NCBI GenBank assembly: GCA_010909165.1
Contig: MU008162.1
Location: 1,984,001-2,048,000 of the forward strand
DNA: 64,000 nucleotides
Source: Anthoceros angustus
Taxonomy: Eukaryota > Plantae > Anthocerotophyta
Reading direction: 5' to 3'
Below the pieces are notes generated by a model. It made no database searches. It worked only from the letters and a program-made list of their open reading frames with translations, and was not told where the DNA came from. The position numbers and the translations under genes are program-made. Below are positions 56,127 through 64,000 of the stretch, in pieces. Every line of letters begins with the position of its first letter. Position 1 is the first letter of the stretch.

Positions 56127-57770
56127 TTAAGGGTTTCCGAGACTAGATCGTTTACATACTCCCTTCTCATTTGTTGGCGTCCTCGCCAACTTATATAATA
56201 CTTCTTGACCCTCCACCCATTGACTCGGGTAGTGGTGAGGTCCTGCTAACTCTTGCGGTTGTCTTGAGCCATTCTTGACTTGAGACTTTGTATGGCCCCA
56301 TCCACGAAGATGGAGCTTCCGAAAGTGCATATACCTATTGTCGTGCAATGAGGCCAAGTCACGGAACTACCCACTCTTGCTTAGCCGATTGTCATGCCAT
56401 ATTTTCCGTTTACTTTGAATATCATGACGCTCAGCCGTTCCCTATCCTCTGTATGTTTAGCGAAGGCGACCGGGCGTTCGGTGACTTTCCTCTCGCCATG
56501 CGGTTAGTTTCACGGATCGCGGTGGGAATTTCAAACTCAATAGGCATTAGGAGAATGGCCGTAGGTGAGGTAATGCGGTGTTTGTTGCGTCGTTATTTCT
56601 CTGCGATCCTGTATGCCCGGGCGGAGTGAAGCTTAAGATCCCAATCGTCGCATATTCCACCGTTAGTTTGTTGAGGATCACGCACAGAGCCCATTCGCCT
56701 TTTAGTTAAGCCATTTGCCTTGGGATTATAAAGTCGTTTTCTGTGGCGACGTTGAAGTAGATCGTCATATGAGATATAACCGTTGTTGAAATGTGACCCT
56801 CATCGACAAGCTCAAGGGCAGCCATATCAGTGATGATGTGTTCATAGAGGAACGCCACTACATGGCGTGTCTACAGGTGCTTGGGCTTCCACCATACGCG
56901 TGCAATAGTCTGTGGCCACGAGGATGTATTGGTTTTGTCGCGTCCTCGTTTTTGGCTGTATGGGACCAACGAAATCTATTCCCCATTTCTCGAATGGCGC
57001 CAGGGCCAATATCGGAACCATTGGCCATTGAGTGGTTGCGGACGGTTTCCCAACCCTCTGACAGGCATCGCAACGTTTAACAAACTCCTTAGCATCCTGA
57101 TGCATGGTTTGCCACCAGTACCCCGTTTCCAACACCTTCTTGCACGTGATATGTGCAGCAAAATGTCCTCCCGCTTCTCCCTCGTGCATCTCCGTCAGCA
57201 CTCGGATAACCTGCTCCCTTGTTACCCATAACCTGTCCCGCCCATCCGGTCCCGATTTGTACAGATTGTCTTTGCGTCGTACAAACGGACGCGAATAGTG
57301 CCTGGCCTTTGCCGGGGTTTGAAAGATCCGTGGTATTCTCCCGTTCCGAATTCCATCATCTCCTCGTGGGTGGGCCTTGTGTATCCCGTTCTCCCCTTCT
57401 CATTTCTGCCGAGCCACCATTTACCCTCGCCTTATGGTTCGGCGTCTTCCCCTCTAACTCATGCGAACAAAGCTTCATCGGGAAAATCGTCGTTTTGGTC
57501 TGTGTAACCTCCTCTGATCTCGACCTCGAAATGTAATGCATTCACATGTTTACTACCTCCTCTGGTCTCCACCGTGAGCGTGAATTCTTGAGTAGGATCC
57601 ATCTTGCTATGCGTCCGGACAAGTCGGTTTGTTTACGGTGTTTGAGGCGAAGTGGTCCACATGGAAGGCGAACTCGTAGGATAGCAAATAGTGGCGAAAC
57701 TTGCGAACCGAGTACACCATCTGCCTCCCTCTCGGTGGTGGTATACTTCTTCTCTGCGTCAGTGATGGTG
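56127..57770 (-). mobile_element. Ty3/Gypsy pol remnant (RNase H C-terminus plus integrase), non-chromovirus type, frameshifted
   Basis: TDAEKKYTTTERE..MVYSVRKFRHYLL..EF.FHVDH; MHEGEAGGHF...GYWW..M..D..EFVKRCDACQR; PFEKWGIDFVGPI...YILVATDY; WMGPYKV; RH-IN order; no chromodomain seen. Confidence 0.88.
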
Positions 57771-58849
57771 CCTCCACATAATAGATTAACATGGTAATAT
57801 TTGAAAGGGCTGAATATACATCAAGCGGCTTCATAGGCCAATATACGCTAAACAGGGTTTGTGATGGGTATCAAACGGTTCTATGGTACATAGATAGCGG
57901 AAAACACGAAAAATTAGGGTGTTCCACATGTGGATCACAGGATCCATGGATGATGACGACCAGAATGGTGTGCACGCTAAATACATGATTCCAAGGGAAT
58001 GGAGACCCATGCCGTATGAAATTGCATTCTTACGCAGTATAAATCGTACTGTAGTAATTGAGGCTTATTTATGTATGTCCTCACGACCTCGCCAACCCAA
58101 AAGCGTAATACATGGACTTTCCGAAAGGAATACATCGGTTGCACACCTCGCAATATGGAGGACACCGTGCCTGCGTCGGATGAGAGGAATGGCGCCGGCA
58201 TGCCGGCGCCATTTTAATGTCGCGCCTAACGCCATGGTCACTTGCTCGGTCGGTGCGGAGAGGTCGGTAATTTGCATCTTGCAGCGCATATAGCCGTGAC
58301 CCCGCCTCCTTGCAAGGTCATGAATGAGATGGTGCCGCCCGTCGGGTCAACGATGCCATAGTGAACTGAATTCTCTTTGCGTGGTCCACATATGCGGAGG
58401 GCCTTAGTTTTTATCCCCGTTTCTGTTCTTTGAGCAACACGCCTCAAACTATGGTTGGGGAAACAAAGTGTGATGAACCCTAGGGATTTGGGAACTCTAA
58501 TTCACTGCGACAATGTTCAATGAAGAAATCGATTTGATTCATGTAAGGGGCCCCGCATGCCCGTAGTAGTAACATTTTCTTTGGGATACAGGAGATAAAA
58601 AAGTTCACTCATAACCTGATACTACGCTGGCCTCTTCCCATTGGCCATGACAACACCATCCAATCTATCTCTCTTGCCTTGTACCAACCAACAGAATCAC
58701 ATCCTTACTCTTCGCCTGACTCTAAACCTTCTTCCTCAGTCAGGACAACTTCATCACCATCATCCTCGCTATCGACAGCTGCATCTATGGAGGAGGGCAC
58801 GATATGAGGCGAAGAGCATTCAATTTCTCTTTGATTGCTTTCTTATGTC

Positions 58850-61800
58850 TGCGTAGAGATGTTTCACGGATGTCACTTGAACCCATAATATACAATAATG
58901 GTTTTACGGACGAAGAGCTTGGATGTTCGGAGGCTGAAACCTTTTCCGCCTTGCCTTTTCAATGTGCTGCAATGTCGCTATCGGACACGAAAGTATTCCC
59001 TACATACTTCCTTCAAAGGCATCTGTGTGTTGACGGTGCACAAGGAAATATGGGTCGGGACGGTCGGTGGACACCAACAACCTTGGCCACCAGAACGCCC
59101 TATTGTGAGTATCGCCCTCACAAGGCGTTACAATGAACATACCTTTTCAATCTCCATGATGTCACCATTCATCCTCTCCACTTCCTCATCACGTCGTTCA
59201 ACGTTACGATATGCTCCCGGTACATGTCCGTTGTGGTACATCCGCAATAATGCTTTCCGAGAGCCTCATCCGCACCGCAAGGAGGCACATTTGCTTCGCC
59301 ACGCTATCATACCACTTCCACGGGTTTTCAAAACAAGTCCGATGTTATGGTCCACGATCGCTATGATCTCCTCTTGATCCTTCCGTAAATCATCCCACCA
59401 CTCCCCTCAACAAAACATAAGTTGGTAACTTCAGCATCCCTTTCTTCAAGTGATCTACGCCATCACGCACTCAAGCCTCCTCCACTCCCTTTCTTGTCTT
59501 TCGCGCAATGCCATTAGGGAGTTGGGCCGATGGTGCTTAGGCACAAACGACAAGAACCTGTGCCATCTTCGCTTCCCACAATGGAGAAGTTTATTGTTTG
59601 CTAATGACCGCTACCTTTCCCGTCCCACTTTGTCTTCTTGGGTAATTTTGAATCGGTGTTGGAACGAAAGGTTGTTTAACTTCGTGACGCAGCTTTGTAC
59701 TTCCGACCTCCTTCTTCGCATCGGCCACACACAAATGAACGGAAATCAACTTCCGCCACCACCTTCACTCGGTGTGTAAGTCGTTCAAAATGTCCTGCAT
59801 AGTTGGTAGGGTTCTAGCCTCTTTGTGTTTCGATGTTTCGAGAAACAAGAAAACATTTGGTCGACTTGATCGTGTGTATGCCCAACAAGAAGAAAACCAA
59901 CCTTCACCTTCTCAAACGTTCCTAGGTCGTGAGCATGTTGAGGTAAGCAAAGAGCAGATTCTTGTTCTCCCGCATGTGTTGTCCAAATGCAAATATAAAA
60001 CTTTAGGAAGCAACCCTTCATAAGTGAGGATCACATCCTCGTATAATAGAAATCACAAATTTGCATCATTCCTCAAATTCGCATAGTGGAGATACGCCTT
60101 GAATGTGTAATTATGAATCATGCAACCCACTACATGCACCGTAATCTTGCTGTCCTCTTTAAGTCCTTCGCCACCTCAAGATATGGGGAGACGTTTTTTT
60201 CCTCGATCCATTCCATCGATACATAATAACATATACTTGTGTGGCTCCTTGTACCCTTTTGTGCGATGCTTGTGAAGCTTTTTCCGTTCATCCATCGACG
60301 GATACGATGCTTATCCAGCGCATCCCGATATATACCGCAGACAAATGAAAGTACAATGTTAGGGCTAGGGACAGAACTGGGAACTCAAGAGGCGGACGCA
60401 ATCAAGGCATGATCAAAACAACGTGAAAGGTCCGCAAACATGCCATTGCATGCATGCCAAAATTCCCAAAGGACGCATAATCATGCATGCTTCCAATCGA
60501 CCATGTCGGCGGACACTAGTTTGAACGCATGCACCATTGGAGCCTAAGCTCACCGGCAATAAGATAGGGGCACCGGGCGCCGGGCCTTGTACTGTGCACA
60601 TGCATGCCCGCACCATGGGTGCGGCATGCCGGCACCAAAAGGCATTTATACCTGCCCTATCATACCACTTCCACGGGTTTTCAAAACAAGTCCGATGTTA
60701 TGGTCCACGATCGTTGCGATCTCCTCGATCCTTCCAAATCATCCCACCACTCCCCTCAACAGCATTAACATAAGTTGGTAACTTCAGCATCCCTTTCTTC
60801 AAGTGATCTCGCCATCACGTGCACTCAAGCCTCCTCCACTCCCTTTCTTGTCTTTCGCGCAATGCCATTAGGGAGTTGGGCCGATGGTCAGTAGGCACAA
60901 ACGACAAGAACTCAGGCCATCTTCGCTTCCCACAATGGAGAAGTCGAGTATTGTTTGCTCGAATGACCGTTACCTTTCCCGTCCCACTTTGTCTTCTTGG
61001 GTAATTTTGAACGTGTTGGAACGAAGGTTGTTTAACTTCGCCGCAGCTTTGTACTTCCGACCTCCTTCTCCATCGCATCGGCCACACAAATGAGCAATCT
61101 GCAACTTCCGTCACCACCTTCACTGGTTGATTGTGTAGCTTCTCAAAATGTCCTGCATAGTTGGTAGGGTTCTAGCCTCTTTGTGTTCGGATGTTTGAGA
61201 AACAAGAAAACATTTGGTCGACTTGATCGTGTGTATGCCCAACAAGAAGAAAACCAACCTTCACCTTCTCAAACGTTCCTAGGTCGACGAGCATGTTGAG
61301 GTAAGCAAAGAGCATGATTCTTGTTCTCCGCATGTGTTGTCCGGTGCAAATATAAAACTTTAGGAAGCAACCCTTCATAAGTGAGGATCACATCCTATAA
61401 TAGAAATAAATCAAATTTGCATCATTCCTCAAATTCGCATAGTGGAGATACTCGCCTTGAATGTGTAATTATGAATCATGCAACCCACTACATGCACCGT
61501 AATCTTGCTGTCCTCTTTAAGTCCTTCGCCACCTCAAGATATGGGGAGAGGCGTTTTTTGATCCATTCCATCGATACATAATAACATATACTTGTGTGGC
61601 TCCTTGTACCCTTTGTGCGATGCTTGTGAAGCTTTTTCCGTTCATCCATCGACGGATACGATGCTTATCCAGCGCATCCCGATATCTGCACAAATGAAAG
61701 TACAATGTTAGGGCTAGGGAACAGGAACTCAAGAGGCGGACGCAATCAAGGCATGATCAAAACAACGTGAAAGGTCCGCAAACATGCCATTGCATGCATG

Positions 61801-64000
61801 CCAAAATTCCCGATGACGCATAATCATGCATGCTTCCAATCGACCATGTCGGCGGACACTAGTTTCGAATGCGGCATCAAGCACCATTGGAGCCTAAGCT
61901 CGTCGGCCGGCAATAAGTATAGAGCTGGCGGCGGCTTGTACCAGGCAGGCATGCCCGCACCATGGGTGCCTGGCATGCCGGCACCATGGGTGCTGGCAGT
62001 GCTGTCCACGAGCACAGGCGCCGCATGACGGCCGCACAAGTACTGCCATCCGCCATGCATCCCGATATCGCAGACAAATGAAAGTACAATGTTAGGGCTA
62101 GGGGCAGAACACAGAGGCGGACGCAAGGCATGATCAAAACAACGTGAAAGGTCCGCAAACATGCCATTGCATGCATGCCAAAATTCCCAAAGGACGCATA
62201 ATCATGCATGCTTCCAATCGACCATGTCGATGACACTAGTTTGAACAGCGGCATCAAGCACCATTGGAGCCTAAGCTCGTCGGCCGGCAATAACGATAGG
62301 GCCGGCGGTGGCGTCTTGTGCACACGGGCATGCCCGCACCATGGGTGCCTAGGCGCTGCCGCCGGCACCATGGGTGCTGGCGTCCATTAGACTCCACAGG
62401 CGCGCCCTGACGGCCGCACAAGTACCTTCGTACCGCCATGCATCACAAGTACATGGGTGCGGCATGCCGCCACATGTCCATGGGCGCGGCATTCGGCAAC
62501 CGAAAGTGCGCGCATGTCGCAACAGCGATCTGCGCTAGCATGCCGGAACAAGCGATACGTGGCGGCATGCCGGTAATCTCTAGTACATGGTCGGCATAAC
62601 AGAACACACACAAGTGCGTGGGCCACGCATGATCACAGTGTGTGGGCGGCATCGGCATTCCAATTCAATTGAATTGCCGGTAACCCAATGGTTCATCTGC
62701 GCCGGCATTCGGGCACCCCACTAGTCATCGGGAACAGGCATGTTGGCAACAACGTGGCAACTGGGCGCCGGCATGCCGGCGCCCTAGCAGTGCCTCTGCG
62801 GTGGCATGCATGCAACATAGTGTTGCCGGAATCACCATACAGAGGAATAGGTAGGAACCAGCATGCCGGCGCACACACTGTTGGGAAGGTGAGCACTCGG
62901 CCGTGCAGGTGAGCACAACTTTGCCACACTTACAGATTAATGTCCAAACGGCATTGGGCTTGGAAAGTCGTACCTTGGTGCTCGTGCTTCTTATGTTGAA
63001 CTTCAATCCTGCGCATAATGAACATGTCGAAAACCTATTGGACTTGGGTATCTTCACCCGTTTGAAGTTCTTCCCAAAGCCGCAGAAGTAGGCATATGAA
63101 ATAAAGCGCAATCCTTTGTGCTCCATTTCCCTTTGTATTGTGTCCGGACCTCTAGCTTAGTGAATGTGTCGGCAAGTTATACACCTCCACGCACAGGCGC
63201 CGCATGACGGCCGCACAAGTACCCGTACGCCATGCATCACAAGTACATGGGTGTGCATGCCGCCACACATGTCCATGGGCGGCATTCGGCAACATGAAGT
63301 GAAAGTGCGCGGCATGTCGGCGGCATACTGCGCTAGCATGCCGGAACAAGCGATGCGGCTGGCATGCTAATCTCTAGTACATGGTCGGCGGAACACACAA
63401 GTGCGTGGGCCAGATAACATGATCACAGTGTGTGGGCGGGCATCGGCATTCCACAAATTCATGTGTTGAATTGCCGGTAACCCAATGGTTCATCTGCGCC
63501 GCATTCGGGCACCCCACTAGTCATCGGCGGGCATGTTGGCAACAGCGGCGCGGCATGCCGGCGCCCTAGCAGTGCCTCTGCGGTGGCATGCATGCAACAT
63601 AGTGTTGCCGGAATCACCATACAGAGGAATAGGTAGGAACCATGCGCACTGCTGGGAAGGTGAGCACTCGGCCGTGCGGTGAGCACAACTTTGCCACGAT
63701 TCTGATTAATGTCCAAACGGCATTGGGCTTGGAAAGTCGTACCTTGGTCGGTGCGGCGTCTGCTTCTTATGTTGAACTTCAATCCTGCGCATAATGAACA
63801 TGTCGAAAACCTATTGGACTTGGGTATCTTCACCCGTTTGAAGTTCTGCTCCCAAAGCCAGAAGTAGGCATATGAAATAAAGCGCAGTCCCTTCTGCTCC
63901 ATTTCCCGTTTGTACTGTGTCCAAACCTCTAGCTTAGTGAATGTGTCTGGTAAGTTATACACCTCCACGCTTGGTAAACGCTCTGCCAAGTGGATGAATG
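58850..64000 (-). mobile_element. Sola-like (DUF7869-type) DNA transposase gene, tandemly duplicated and frameshifted; 5' end outside window
   Basis: ISYAYFCG.W..NFKRVKIPKSNRFSTCSLCAGLK (x2), LHLDNTCGENKN.LFAYLNML...GTFEKVKVGFLLVGHTHDQVDQMFS (x2), ENPWKWY; superfamily assignment from memory of the DN...NKN / GHTH..ID..FS signature. Confidence 0.65.

Overview
Nuclear genomic DNA of a non-flowering land plant, most likely a fern (inferred from a PLS-PPR protein with a 'PGxSWW' box, spliceosomal introns and the TE types). The left half is gene-rich: the 3' end of an RNA-dependent RNA polymerase (DLDGD type), an L-type lectin receptor kinase, a 4-exon DUF630/DUF632 gene, a small two-exon Gnk2/DUF26-like gene, a 1607-aa PPR protein with an OSB-type PDF motif fused at its N-terminus, a multi-exon organellar RECG helicase and two orphan ORFs in AT-rich islands on either side of RECG. 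Four 5'-truncated copies of REL-endonuclease non-LTR retroelements and many minisatellites lie between these genes. The right half is TE-rich: a near-intact Copia (TSD TTTAC) with an extra ORF before gag, a second LTR element whose two LTRs point in opposite directions yet carry the same 5-bp TSD (evidence of an inversion or a mis-join), a decayed non-chromovirus Gypsy pol with an extra 3' ORF and a 3 x 1 kb tandem array, and a Sola-like (DUF7869-type) transposase with nested tandem duplications and GC palindromes. Beyond about 49.8 kb, tandem copies differ mainly by small indels, so long-read consensus error cannot be excluded. All family calls come from motif recognition by eye; no searches were run.
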